Below are positions 9,100 through 17,749 of a DNA stretch of 56,171 nucleotides, piece by piece; position 1 is the first letter of the stretch; each line of letters begins with the position of its first letter. The position numbers were made by a program, and so were the translations under genes. The DNA is taken from positions 1-56,171 of the IMG/VR virus record IMGVR_UViG_3300033143_006337; one strand, given 5' to 3'. This DNA comes from a virus (lineage: Duplodnaviria; Caudoviricetes). A model generated the notes under the pieces. That model had not been told where the DNA came from, did not search any database, and worked only from the letters and a program-made list of their open reading frames with translations.

Positions 9100-9290
9100 T
9101 CGCTACGCTCCTTTAAATATTTCGGTATTTCTCCGGATTTAATACAGCTTTCTAAAAAACCTATCTGCTTATAGCAAAGACGTAATTCTTCTTTCATTTT
9201 TGCTACTTGGATCTCGGCTTTGCAATGTGGACACACAACTTTCTCAAGATCTTTTTTACAAAACTTGCAATGCATTATTTTGCCTTTCAT
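9096..9290 (-). CDS. Small zinc-ribbon protein
   Basis: CKFC and CPHC. Confidence 0.55.
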   Translation of the reverse strand: MKGKIMHCKFCKKDLEKVVCPHCKAEIQVAKMKEELRLCYKQIGFLESCIKSGEIPKYLKERSE

Positions 9291-9329
9291 CTCAGTAAGA
9301 TAACGCTAACTTCTAGCAGCGCAGATGCA

Positions 9330-9563
9330 TTAACTTCTAGCAAGCCAGCCTTTTTCTTTTGCTTCCTGAATATCCAAACAACTTTTTTCACAACTATCTT
9401 CAGGCTCACAGCCTTGGCAAAGAAAAATCAAACCTCTAAGCCCCTTAACAACTTCTACTAACCAATCTATACTATTAATCAGTTCTTCTCTTGAAGTAGT
9501 TAAGGGGTTACCCCCGTGAACTAGCTTAACTATTTCTTCTAATTTATCTGTCATTTCAACCAA
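9330..9563 (-). CDS. Hypothetical protein, paralog of 9551..9754
   Basis: Shared MTD.LE.I.KL, WLVE.V.GLR, KGWL. Confidence 0.65.
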   Translation of the reverse strand: MVEMTDKLEEIVKLVHGGNPLTTSREELINSIDWLVEVVKGLRGLIFLCQGCEPEDSCEKSCLDIQEAKEKGWLARS

Positions 9564-9754
9564 CCTTTTTCTTCTGCTTTAGCTTTTAATTCACAAGGAG
9601 CGCATTCTTTGCAAACACAACGAAAAGCCATATCTGTTAAATTAGATATTTCTCTTAGCCCCTCAACAGCTTCAACCAACCAATTTACTTCGGTAGTAGC
9701 TAATGGGCATCTACTAGAGGTAAGTTTTTTAATTTTTTCTAATTGATCTGTCAT
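9551..9754 (-). CDS. Hypothetical protein, paralog of 9330..9563
   Basis: Shared motifs as above. Confidence 0.65.
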   Translation of the reverse strand: MTDQLEKIKKLTSSRCPLATTEVNWLVEAVEGLREISNLTDMAFRCVCKECAPCELKAKAEEKGWLK

Positions 9755-9755
9755 T

Positions 9756-9962
9756 TTAGTCAGCCTTTTTCAATTTTCTATTTGCTTCGCTTAACTCAGC
9801 ATTAAACAAAAAAAGAATTTTATCCCCTTCATCTGTTTTAAAAACTTCTTTTGTGCTTTTAATTGCTATGCCCTTAAGCCCTTGGGAGTTACCAAACGCT
9901 ACAGCCTCCTTGATTGCTTCTAGCATTGATTTTGATATTTCTATTACAAAGGGAATTTCCAT
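9756..9962 (-). CDS. Hypothetical protein
   Basis: Tightly packed early ORF, GAGG RBS. Confidence 0.6.
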   Translation of the reverse strand: MEIPFVIEISKSMLEAIKEAVAFGNSQGLKGIAIKSTKEVFKTDEGDKILFLFNAELSEANRKLKKAD

Positions 9963-9963
9963 T

Positions 9964-10185
9964 TTAATTCCTCAATAAAGATTCAACATCAATCCCAAAA
10001 AAATCTGTCTTTTTATTGTTCTTCATGTTTTGAGTTATCAGAAGGATGTACATGTTAAGCGCAGTTTGAGCCAAGACTTCAGGAGACGCTACAACTTCTG
10101 CTTTCGTGTAAGCTACTTTAGCAATCTCAATGAATCCTTCAATAAGATTAAAAGTCTCTTTTGTTGCAAATAGGTTCTCGGTCAT
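9964..10185 (-). CDS. Hypothetical protein
   Basis: Tightly packed early ORF. Confidence 0.6.
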   Translation of the reverse strand: MTENLFATKETFNLIEGFIEIAKVAYTKAEVVASPEVLAQTALNMYILLITQNMKNNKKTDFFGIDVESLLRN

Positions 10186-10484
10186 ATACTCACCTTAGCT
10201 TTCTCAATTTGTAATAGTTCTTTTTGTTTCAGGCGTAAACAATTGTGGCAAAGATGATACTCTCTTGACATTAATTGCTTTTTCAATCCTTCACATAGCT
10301 CCTTAAATTTCCAATACGCTTTGCTTTCTTTACTTTCCCTTTTTGGATTGTAAGTAGGGCTTTCAGGATAATTCACTCTAAGTTGTGGTCTTACTGTACC
10401 CCAACCAACAGGAGCTTTTGCTTTTCCATCTGTTCTCACAAAAAACTCTCCGCAAAGATTACAAGTAAATTTAATGTCAATCAT
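10182..10484 (-). CDS. Zinc-binding hypothetical protein
   Basis: FTCNLCG and HLCHNC. Confidence 0.6.
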   Translation of the reverse strand: MIDIKFTCNLCGEFFVRTDGKAKAPVGWGTVRPQLRVNYPESPTYNPKRESKESKAYWKFKELCEGLKKQLMSREYHLCHNCLRLKQKELLQIEKAKVSI

Positions 10485-10753
10485 TTCTTGTAAACCTCAA
10501 AGCTAGGATCTCCTTCGGTAGCTACTCTCATTGCCATAGCAGCAACTTGCACAGCTTCCTGAAGGATTGTATTCTTCTGTAGTGGGCTACCTGTCTTTCC
10601 TTTGAGAAGAGCTTCAGCAAGTTCTCCTACTTCCTCAACCAATGCAACAAAATTCATATTAGGCTGTGGAAAATGTTTTCTTGCCCAATCTATCTCTCCT
10701 TCAACAGCTATCAAAAAACTTTTGTCAGATATTGTTTTCATTTTCCTTCTCAC
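10481..10753 (-). CDS. MazG-like nucleotide pyrophosphohydrolase
   Basis: LVEEVGELAEAL and EAVQVAAMA motifs of all-alpha NTP-PPases. Confidence 0.8.
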   Translation of the reverse strand: MRRKMKTISDKSFLIAVEGEIDWARKHFPQPNMNFVALVEEVGELAEALLKGKTGSPLQKNTILQEAVQVAAMAMRVATEGDPSFEVYKK

Positions 10754-11081
10754 CTTTCTCTAATTCAGCTACATCATTTGAGTTAAGAATTTTTCCGTAC
10801 TTAACGATTGTACTCACCATCCAGTTATAGCCACAAAACCCATCTGATTTTCTTCTCAATCTTCTCGATTCATTGCCATCTACTTCTTTCGTTGAGATTG
10901 ACGCGGACCAACCATCCCCGAAGGAATAATGATAGTTACCTCTTTTCAAAATAGGATTTGCAACAGCAACTTTTAAACTTTGCACCAGTACATAGTTGCG
11001 CTCTGATCCAGACCATCTTCCATCCCAAGACCCAACATTAGGCATTGATAATGTGAAAGATACAAATTTATTTCGTTTCAT
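10725..11081 (-). CDS. Hypothetical protein
   Basis: 118 aa, aromatic-rich motifs SWDGRWSG, FGDGW, GFCGYNWM. Confidence 0.7.
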   Translation of the reverse strand: MKRNKFVSFTLSMPNVGSWDGRWSGSERNYVLVQSLKVAVANPILKRGNYHYSFGDGWSASISTKEVDGNESRRLRRKSDGFCGYNWMVSTIVKYGKILNSNDVAELEKGEKENENNI

Positions 11082-11089
11082 TTTCTCCC

Positions 11090-11350
11090 CTAATATTTTT
11101 TAGGTTTCCCCTTGCATATTGCTCTATTTTCATTGCATCCATCACAAGGGCATTCACCTTTATTCACTAACCCAAAAACCATCATTCCAGGAAGTGTGCA
11201 TCCTACAGGAACATACCCTTGCTCAATGCATATTTCTCTCATATTATCTTCTGGTTTGCTCAACAGAGCAGGTATTTTATCTTCACCTTTAGGAATATTT
11301 GCACCCGGCATAAAAGCGTTAAATGGTCTTCTTTTAAACTTCTTTCTCAC
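11090..11350 (-). CDS. Hypothetical protein with tape-measure-like N-terminal motif and Cys-rich C-terminus
   Basis: FMPGANIPKGEDKIPALLS then C..GYVP..C.L.G...CPCDGC...C. Confidence 0.55.
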   Translation of the reverse strand: MRKKFKRRPFNAFMPGANIPKGEDKIPALLSKPEDNMREICIEQGYVPVGCTLPGMMVFGLVNKGECPCDGCNENRAICKGKPKKY

Positions 11351-11595
11351 AACAAACCTTTCTGTTCTGCCTGCTTCACTTTCTCAGCCAAAAGCTTTGT
11401 AGTGTTAAACTGAGCCTGCTTTGTTGCTACGTGAGCCCAGAGATGCTTTTTAGCTGCTTCTGCCAGCTCGGTAAGAATTTTATAATCAGCGATAAGCTCA
11501 AGAATTTGTTTCCTGGTGCTTTCGTCATAATCCCAGATTCCTTTTTGGCAGTAGCTGTTAAGAACATCGAGACTGTATTTTTTCTTTTCGCTCAT
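11347..11595 (-). CDS. Hypothetical protein
   Basis: Packed early ORF. Confidence 0.6.
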   Translation of the reverse strand: MSEKKKYSLDVLNSYCQKGIWDYDESTRKQILELIADYKILTELAEAAKKHLWAHVATKQAQFNTTKLLAEKVKQAEQKGLL

Positions 11596-11596
11596 T

Positions 11597-11800
11597 TTAG
11601 TTCACTTCCGATCTTAAGAATTTCTGAGCTTCCTCAACATTTCCAAACATTTCAATAATTACTTCTTCTGCAGCTTCTTTCAAACTTTCGTAATCTATTT
11701 TCTCTTCATAAATTGATAACAATATTTCCATTGCCATACCATAAGCCAAGCCACAAAAACAATAGCCTTCTTCTATCTGTTTGCAATCATGCTGCCTCAT
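11597..11800 (-). CDS. Hypothetical protein
   Basis: Packed early ORF, GGAGG RBS. Confidence 0.55.
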   Translation of the reverse strand: MRQHDCKQIEEGYCFCGLAYGMAMEILLSIYEEKIDYESLKEAAEEVIIEMFGNVEEAQKFLRSEVN

Positions 11801-11952
11801 TCGCTAACCTCTCCAATTTCAAATTCTTTGCCACATCCTTCACAAACATATGTTGTTAGAACGTCCGATGTGGTTCCAACTGAGGCAAATTCGGAACAGT
11901 ATGGACATTCGCATTCAATGTCTTCGCTTCTCCATGTTTCAGCCTTTTTCAT
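11797..11952 (-). CDS. Small zinc-ribbon protein (not in ORF track)
   Basis: Manual translation MKKAETWRSEDIECECPYC...VCEGCGKEFEIGEVSE, 51 aa. Confidence 0.6.
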   Translation of the reverse strand: MKKAETWRSEDIECECPYCSEFASVGTTSDVLTTYVCEGCGKEFEIGEVSE

Positions 11953-12223
11953 TTTTACCTCTTGCCTGCATCTTCACTGCAGCTACCCAGTCTGCAACAG
12001 CTTCAGGAGATCCCCAACAGCCTGCAGGAATATAGTTATGGCAGAATGCCACATAATCCCAGATTGTGTACTTCCTGATATGGTCTGCTCTACCACAAGC
12101 TTCTCTCAGATCATTCTTAAGGACAGCCTGCAGAAAACTCCCTGGGAGTATGCCGTGATGTACGTAACGCTTTAATGCTGCTACAAACTCACTGGGGATC
12201 ATTTCTTTATGTATCTCTGTCAT
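11939..12223 (-). CDS. Conserved-looking phage hypothetical protein
   Basis: RYVHHGILPGSFLQAVLKNDL..A.GRAD and CWGS.EAV..W; start moved to ATG with GAGG RBS. Confidence 0.7.
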   Translation of the reverse strand: MTEIHKEMIPSEFVAALKRYVHHGILPGSFLQAVLKNDLREACGRADHIRKYTIWDYVAFCHNYIPAGCWGSPEAVADWVAAVKMQARGKNEKG

Positions 12224-12225
12224 TT

Positions 12226-12676
12226 CTAACAAGCCTCATAAGTAAAAAGATTTTCAAAACCATCTTCTTCATTTAAAATAGCAATAAGATTTTCTTTAAT
12301 TTCACCACACTTTTCATCTATCTCATCATATTCATAATGAAGAGTACTTTTATAACTTCTCTCAGTGTGTAAACTCTCTCTCTCTAACGGTAACACTCAT
12401 CCATTGCACGTAAGAAGATAAGTCTAAATCACACTGCCAGATCCCAGCTGCATTTATCTTCATAATAATTCGAAACAACTCAGTTAGTTTAGGAATTCTT
12501 TTTTCCATCTTTTCTTTTTTAGCTAGGCGCTCTTTTTTCTCCAGCTCCTTTTTTTCCTCTCTTAGAAGCTCAAGGCCCCCAAGGTAAGGCTCCTTTGCCT
12601 TTCGGGTAGCTTCACAAATCTCTTTGTTTGTCTCTCTAATTTTGTTGCTAATTTCGTTGATTCTCGTTTCGCTCAT
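12226..12676 (-). pseudogene. Coiled-coil protein gene split by a frameshift at an (AG)6 tract
   Basis: ORF 12362..12676 stops just after (AG)6 at 12374-12385; another frame continues 49 codons to TAG at 12226, 2 nt before the next ATG. Confidence 0.5.
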
Positions 12677-13205
12677 TTTCTTTTCTCATTTCTGTTAATG
12701 CGTTAATTACAAGTTTCTCAATCCTAGCTATATCTTTATCGGCTTCTTTAGTTGTGTAGTTTGACTCAATTCCACATTTTGTTAACCAATCAGAAATTAA
12801 AAACTCCAACGATTTGGTAGACCCATCTGAAAGGGTTACTTCCCCCCAAGATCCATTATGATAAAGCTTCCAATATATTTGCTGTTTGCAGCGTATGTTC
12901 TTTAATTCTTGGCAAATCTCGCTCCAAGCAGTCCAAGAATGTCTCGGGCCTTCTGATAGTTGTTTATGCTCAATGCGTTGGAGTATGCTCATTCTGTACT
13001 CGGCATCCATAGAAGTCCAACACCCATCCTCATCATCACCACAAATATAATCTATTACGTAAGATATGACAGATTCTTGGATACTGAATGTTTTTATAAA
13101 GTGCTTTGTATCCTCCTCATTCATGGCTTCTAAAATACCACCAATATCAATGCACAACTTACTATTTTTATAATCAACCGATGGGCGCATTTTTATTCTC
13201 CTCAA
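12648..13205 (-). CDS. Hypothetical protein
   Basis: 185 aa ORF in early cluster. Confidence 0.7.
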   Translation of the reverse strand: MRRIKMRPSVDYKNSKLCIDIGGILEAMNEEDTKHFIKTFSIQESVISYVIDYICGDDEDGCWTSMDAEYRMSILQRIEHKQLSEGPRHSWTAWSEICQELKNIRCKQQIYWKLYHNGSWGEVTLSDGSTKSLEFLISDWLTKCGIESNYTTKEADKDIARIEKLVINALTEMRKENERNENQRN

Positions 13206-13216
13206 AATTTCTAAGG

Positions 13217-13546
13217 TTAAAAATCTTCTTTCCTAAATCGAAAACCATCGGAGCTTATGAAATTATATTTATGCCCCTCTGAGCTAAAGTAATTTAACCA
13301 ATGCTCTGCTTCTAAAGATTCTTGCTTTCCTTTCACAAAAGCAATAAACTCACTATGAATTTGCACCTTCCCGTACTCATCATATACAACATGCTGCCTA
13401 ACTAAATCTTCCCACTCCTCAAAAGTCTTAGTTCCAACTCCAATACACATAAACGGCCAGCCAATAGCACTATGACCAATCTCTTTTTCTTCGTAGCGAC
13501 CACATCTAGCACAACAATTTATACGGATATAATAATCACAGCTCAT
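13217..13546 (-). CDS. Hypothetical protein
   Basis: CARCGR and IGHSAIGWPF, YDEYG motifs. Confidence 0.7.
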   Translation of the reverse strand: MSCDYYIRINCCARCGRYEEKEIGHSAIGWPFMCIGVGTKTFEEWEDLVRQHVVYDEYGKVQIHSEFIAFVKGKQESLEAEHWLNYFSSEGHKYNFISSDGFRFRKEDF

Positions 13547-13830
13547 CCCTTAGCAATCCTTTCTAGCGCGTCCAGTCTTTCGTTAAACTTATCTACAATG
13601 AGTTCCAAGGTAGCAGCCAATGTAGCATATGAATAATTGATATGAGCAACACTTGCCATTGTTAAATGCTCTGGACTTTCAAACTTTTTATCATCCAAAA
13701 CACTTCTCTTAAAATCTGAAGAGATTGCATCATAATGCTTCTCGGCTACTTTTTTAAGCTCCACCATCCTTTTTTCTTTTTTGTCTTTCTCACTCAGAAA
13801 ACCAAAAGCATCAATTAAATTATCTGTCAT
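13543..13830 (-). CDS. Hypothetical protein
   Basis: ATGA-coupled early ORF. Confidence 0.6.
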   Translation of the reverse strand: MTDNLIDAFGFLSEKDKKEKRMVELKKVAEKHYDAISSDFKRSVLDDKKFESPEHLTMASVAHINYSYATLAATLELIVDKFNERLDALERIAKG

Positions 13831-14093
13831 TCCTCAATCTCCTTAAGAGCTTTTCTAGCCACAACACCAGTTTGTGTGTAGATATGATCCCCATGAATTT
13901 CCTTTTGATGGTAAAACTCAATAGCAACTAAAGCTTTTTTCATTATTTTCTCTTTTTTGGTTTCTGCTCTTTTGTTCCACCATTCTACAGGATGCTCATC
14001 ATCACTTAAGGGACAAGATGAGTTCAAACATTTTGTGTAGCCTCCTATGGAAGCTCCTGCTGTACCACCACAAAAAGGGCAATCTAAATTCAT
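13827..14093 (-). CDS. Lar (restriction alleviation)-like zinc-ribbon protein
   Basis: LDCPFCGG.A, C...C and WNKRA pattern. Confidence 0.6.
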   Translation of the reverse strand: MNLDCPFCGGTAGASIGGYTKCLNSSCPLSDDEHPVEWWNKRAETKKEKIMKKALVAIEFYHQKEIHGDHIYTQTGVVARKALKEIEE

Positions 14094-14524
14094 TTCTCAC
14101 CTTCCTCAAGCATCCTTAAATCTTGCACAAGTTCATTTGCGCAGCGCTCAATAAAATTAACGTCAACACGTCTGCACACAACCTGAAGCTCAGTATTCAT
14201 TGCTGCTAAGAGATCTTTGCTCCTTCGGTAAATCCATATTTCTCTAGGCATAACCCCAAGTGGAGGTTTTTTTGTTGCTGCCATTTCTTCTCTGGTTACT
14301 TTTTCTTCTGCTTCTTTAGCAATAATGCATTCTTGCTCAGCGCAATCCTCAAAGTTTTCCAGACCACAGCAAGATTTTTTAGCGGATGGGGCTCCATATT
14401 CTCTTGCTAACTTTGCATCAAGTTTTTGTTTTTCTTCTTTGCTCACGTAAAATTCTCCTCTAAGTAAAGGCTCAACATTCTTTTTACCACCTGGGATTAT
14501 CCCGCCTTTTTTAAATCCGAACAT
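14090..14524 (-). CDS. Hypothetical protein with tape-measure-like N-terminal motif
   Basis: FKKGGIIPGG...LLRGEFYV at the N-terminus; KPPLGVMPR.IW domain at the C-terminus. Confidence 0.6.
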   Translation of the reverse strand: MFGFKKGGIIPGGKKNVEPLLRGEFYVSKEEKQKLDAKLAREYGAPSAKKSCCGLENFEDCAEQECIIAKEAEEKVTREEMAATKKPPLGVMPREIWIYRRSKDLLAAMNTELQVVCRRVDVNFIERCANELVQDLRMLEEGEK

Positions 14525-14739
14525 TATTCTATTTTCTCCGGTGTAAAAGCCCAGCCTATTTTATTTCTTCTAGCAAATTCACTCGCAGATTTTTCACTCT
14601 CAAAAATCTTTGCTAAAGATTCTTCCCAGGAACATCTTTCTTTTGAAATTACATACAATATAATTTCCTCTGGGCAAGCAACATTATTCCCCCCATAACA
14701 TTTCAAAACCCATTTCTCATTCACTCGATTCTCTCCCAA
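14524..14739 (-). CDS. Hypothetical protein
   Basis: Coupled early ORF. Confidence 0.5.
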   Translation of the reverse strand: MGENRVNEKWVLKCYGGNNVACPEEIILYVISKERCSWEESLAKIFESEKSASEFARRNKIGWAFTPEKIE

Positions 14740-14918
14740 AAATAAATAGGATCTCCATAATAGTAAGATATGATCCTTCGGAATCTTTCTGATTCAGTAT
14801 CGTTTTTCTTCCTGATGAAAAAATCCTTTGCATATGTCGCAGGATTAGGAAGAGTTTCGTCAATCTCAAAAAGAGCTTCAAGAACTTTTTTGTCATGCAC
14901 CAGGATTTTGTTTTTCAT
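14721..14918 (-). CDS. Hypothetical protein
   Basis: Coupled early ORF. Confidence 0.5.
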   Translation of the reverse strand: MKNKILVHDKKVLEALFEIDETLPNPATYAKDFFIRKKNDTESERFRRIISYYYGDPIYFWERIE

Positions 14919-15117
14919 CTTTTATCCCTTTCAATTCCTCTGCAACATCAGTGAGCTTTTCAATCGCTCTTCTCACAAAGCTTTCTGGATCTGGCTTTAC
15001 TTCAATATGAGTGACAAATTTAAAAGCATAAGCATGCTCTAAAAAATGACTTATAGCGTAATCACTCTCCTCAAACTCAACAACAAACATTGCTTTTATT
15101 CTTTTTTCTGTACTCAT
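14893..15117 (-). CDS. First gene of the leftward early operon, hypothetical
   Basis: Perfect TAAGGAGG RBS downstream of candidate promoter. Confidence 0.7.
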   Translation of the reverse strand: MSTEKRIKAMFVVEFEESDYAISHFLEHAYAFKFVTHIEVKPDPESFVRRAIEKLTDVAEELKGIKDEKQNPGA

Positions 15118-15141
15118 CGGTTCCTCCTTAGTCGTTTATCT

Positions 15142-15173
15142 TGTGTAGCAAGGTGCTTTCCAAAGTGCAAGCA
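15142..15173 (-). promoter_or_regulatory. Leftward early promoter with TGCTT-N10-AAGCA palindrome
   Basis: Minus strand TTGCAC-17-TACACA with TG extension, in the divergent gap; near-identical to 7209-7228. Confidence 0.55.
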
Positions 15174-15252
15174 CTAAAAAATCTTTTTTGTAAGCAAGCG
15201 AAAAGAAAAAAATTATGCTTGCATTTTTGCACTTGACACAGGCAGGAGTTAT

Positions 15253-17697
15253 ATGGAGAATTCTTTCAATAGCAAACCTTACCACTCTCCAGGAGTACAA
15301 TCTGTGAGCAAAATTCAGATCATTGCCCTTCGCTCTTTTACGAATGAAGACAGCAAGTTAATAGTATATGACAAAATTTTAACCCTCAAAAATAACCCCA
15401 AAACCGTAGCCGAGGTTTTTGCAAACTACAAGCAAATATGCGAGCAAATCCCAAAGGATAATCGGTGGAATATTTTCTACACCATCTCAACTTGTGGTGA
15501 GAAAAAACGTGAGTTCGAAAGCTGCTCTACACTCGCTTTTGACATCGACAAAATAAACTTGGAAGAGATTCCAAAAGTCATAGATGTAGTGCTTTCAGTT
15601 CTGCAAACCCCAAGGGATAGCGTAGGTATCGCCTGCAGTGGAAACGGAATACATATCCTAGTTGGTCTGAAAGTACCAATCAAAAAGAAAGACTACTACA
15701 AAAAGAACAGGGCTCATTACAGAGCTGTTGTGACAAAGATAAATATAGCTCTACAAAAAGCTGGGGTATCCGGCAATGCAGATACAGTTGTGTTTGATGC
15801 CAGAAGAATTCTAAGACTTCCAGGAACCATAAACCGCAAACCAGACCGACCAGAAAAAACTTCCTACATGATCCAACCTCACATCCTTCCACTATCCTTC
15901 GATATCACAGAACTCTCAGGACTTCCGATTGTTGAAGAAAAAGACCAGATACCCCAGGCTTTTCTTAAGAAGTATCCAAAGACAGATAAAGAAGCCATCT
16001 TAAGCGAATGTAACTTTATAAAATGGGCAGGCGAAAATCAGAGCAAAGTAAGTGAGCCCGAGTGGTACTCATTACTCTCTATACTGGCAAGGGTAGAAGA
16101 TGGGCCAAAACTCTGTCATGAGTACAGCAATAAACATAAAGGCTATAACGAAGAAGAAACCAACATGAAAATAGAGCAAAGTCTTGAGGCTTCTGGCCCA
16201 AGAACTTGCGGCAACATAAATGATCTCTGGGGTAAATGCCCTAAGTGTAAACATTTCCAGAAAGTAAACTCTCCTATTTTATTGGTTGGTGAAGATCATA
16301 TAGCAACGGAGAACACTGGTTTTCATAGCCAACATTTTAGTGGTAATACTATGAAGACAAAGCCTAACTATGAAGATCTTAGAAAATTCTTTAACCAACA
16401 ACATGCTTACATTAATGTTGGCGATTCTCGTATGACTCATATTTGGGATAAAAAACATTATAAGTTTATTGGTAATGCTTCATTAGAACAGTTTGCACAA
16501 GAACATTTTGAGCCCAAGGCTAATAGTTCTATGGTAAGAGAGTTTAGAGAGTTAGTAAGCAGAACACATATCAAAGATACTGAATGGTTTTCTGAAACTA
16601 CTCAAAATTCTATTAACTTTGAGAACGGAACTTTAGAAATACCATCAATGGATTTTTTCCCGCATACTTCGGACCGCGGTTTTCGGTACGTGCTTCCCTA
16701 CTCCTATGATCGTTCGGCAACTTCCCCAGTGTTTTCTGCCATGCTCGAAAGAATTACTGGAGGAGCAGTAGATCTTCAGCAAGTCATCCTGGAGTTTATG
16801 GGGTATTGCTTGGCGGGAAGTGAGCCCTGGGCGCAAAAATCTGCAGTTTTGGTAGGAGAGGGGGCTAATGGAAAATCAACGCTCATGGATGTAATGAGGG
16901 CTCTTGCTGGGGATGGTAATTATTGTAGCTTCACTATGGAAGATATCCATAAAAGTGAATACAATCGCCAAGTGTTAGATGGTAAATTGTTTAACGTGAG
17001 TGAAGAAACACCAGACAAGGCTCTTGTCGCAAGCTCCTACTTTAAAACCCTGGTGACTGGTGGAGAAATTCAGGCAAGAAGCCCTTACAAAGATACCTAT
17101 TTTGTGAAGAATAAAGCAAAGTTGGTTTTCACTTGTAACAGATTACCTTCAAGCATAGATACATCCTATGGTTTTTACAGAAGGCTTTTAATAATTCCTT
17201 TTCATCAACGATTTACAAAAAAAGATAAGAGCTTTGATCCGAGAATCTTAAATAAAATTATGCAGGAACTCCCAGGTGTTTTTAATTTAGTGATTGCTGG
17301 GTATCAAAGGCTTCTCAAAAATGAAGAGTTTACAGAGAGTAGTACTATAAACAATGAGCTTGAGGAATACAAAGAGCTTACCGATAACGTTTTAAGGTTC
17401 TATAAAGAATGCGTAGTTGTTTACGAAAATGGAGAAGGTAACGGGCATTTTGTAGAGATTGCAGATTTATATGATAAGTATAAACTGTATGCTCAAAGCG
17501 AAGGTGAGGAGAAATCAGTCATAACGAAAAAAATGTTTTGTAAACAAATGAGCAAACTTGTTTCTGATTACAAAATAAGGGTTAAGCAGAAGAAGGTTAA
17601 CGGGTACAATTACAAAGTGCTTACCGGAATGCAATATATTGAGCCAAGAAATGTTGATAGAAAAGATGCAGAACTAATCAAAAATTTGCTCAATTAA
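15253..17697 (+). CDS. Primase-helicase (AEP/RepB'-like primase, Cys-containing linker domain, D5/P4-like SF3 helicase)
   Basis: AFDID, SGNGIH, RILRLPGTIN; RTC..CPKCKH..SP; Walker A GEGANGKST, FTCN, GFYRRLLIIPF. True start may be GTG at 15304. Confidence 0.93.
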   Translation: MENSFNSKPYHSPGVQSVSKIQIIALRSFTNEDSKLIVYDKILTLKNNPKTVAEVFANYKQICEQIPKDNRWNIFYTISTCGEKKREFESCSTLAFDIDKINLEEIPKVIDVVLSVLQTPRDSVGIACSGNGIHILVGLKVPIKKKDYYKKNRAHYRAVVTKINIALQKAGVSGNADTVVFDARRILRLPGTINRKPDRPEKTSYMIQPHILPLSFDITELSGLPIVEEKDQIPQAFLKKYPKTDKEAILSECNFIKWAGENQSKVSEPEWYSLLSILARVEDGPKLCHEYSNKHKGYNEEETNMKIEQSLEASGPRTCGNINDLWGKCPKCKHFQKVNSPILLVGEDHIATENTGFHSQHFSGNTMKTKPNYEDLRKFFNQQHAYINVGDSRMTHIWDKKHYKFIGNASLEQFAQEHFEPKANSSMVREFRELVSRTHIKDTEWFSETTQNSINFENGTLEIPSMDFFPHTSDRGFRYVLPYSYDRSATSPVFSAMLERITGGAVDLQQVILEFMGYCLAGSEPWAQKSAVLVGEGANGKSTLMDVMRALAGDGNYCSFTMEDIHKSEYNRQVLDGKLFNVSEETPDKALVASSYFKTLVTGGEIQARSPYKDTYFVKNKAKLVFTCNRLPSSIDTSYGFYRRLLIIPFHQRFTKKDKSFDPRILNKIMQELPGVFNLVIAGYQRLLKNEEFTESSTINNELEEYKELTDNVLRFYKECVVVYENGEGNGHFVEIADLYDKYKLYAQSEGEEKSVITKKMFCKQMSKLVSDYKIRVKQKKVNGYNYKVLTGMQYIEPRNVDRKDAELIKNLLN

Positions 17698-17749
17698 AAA
17701 TCAAGTATCTTTTATGTTAGGAAATTTTATAATGGTTCTAGTGGTTTGT

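Noticed and set aside
9307-9342. Short direct repeat TAACTTCTAGCA
   Set aside because: Two copies of 12 bp only; at most an insertion scar beside the paralog pair
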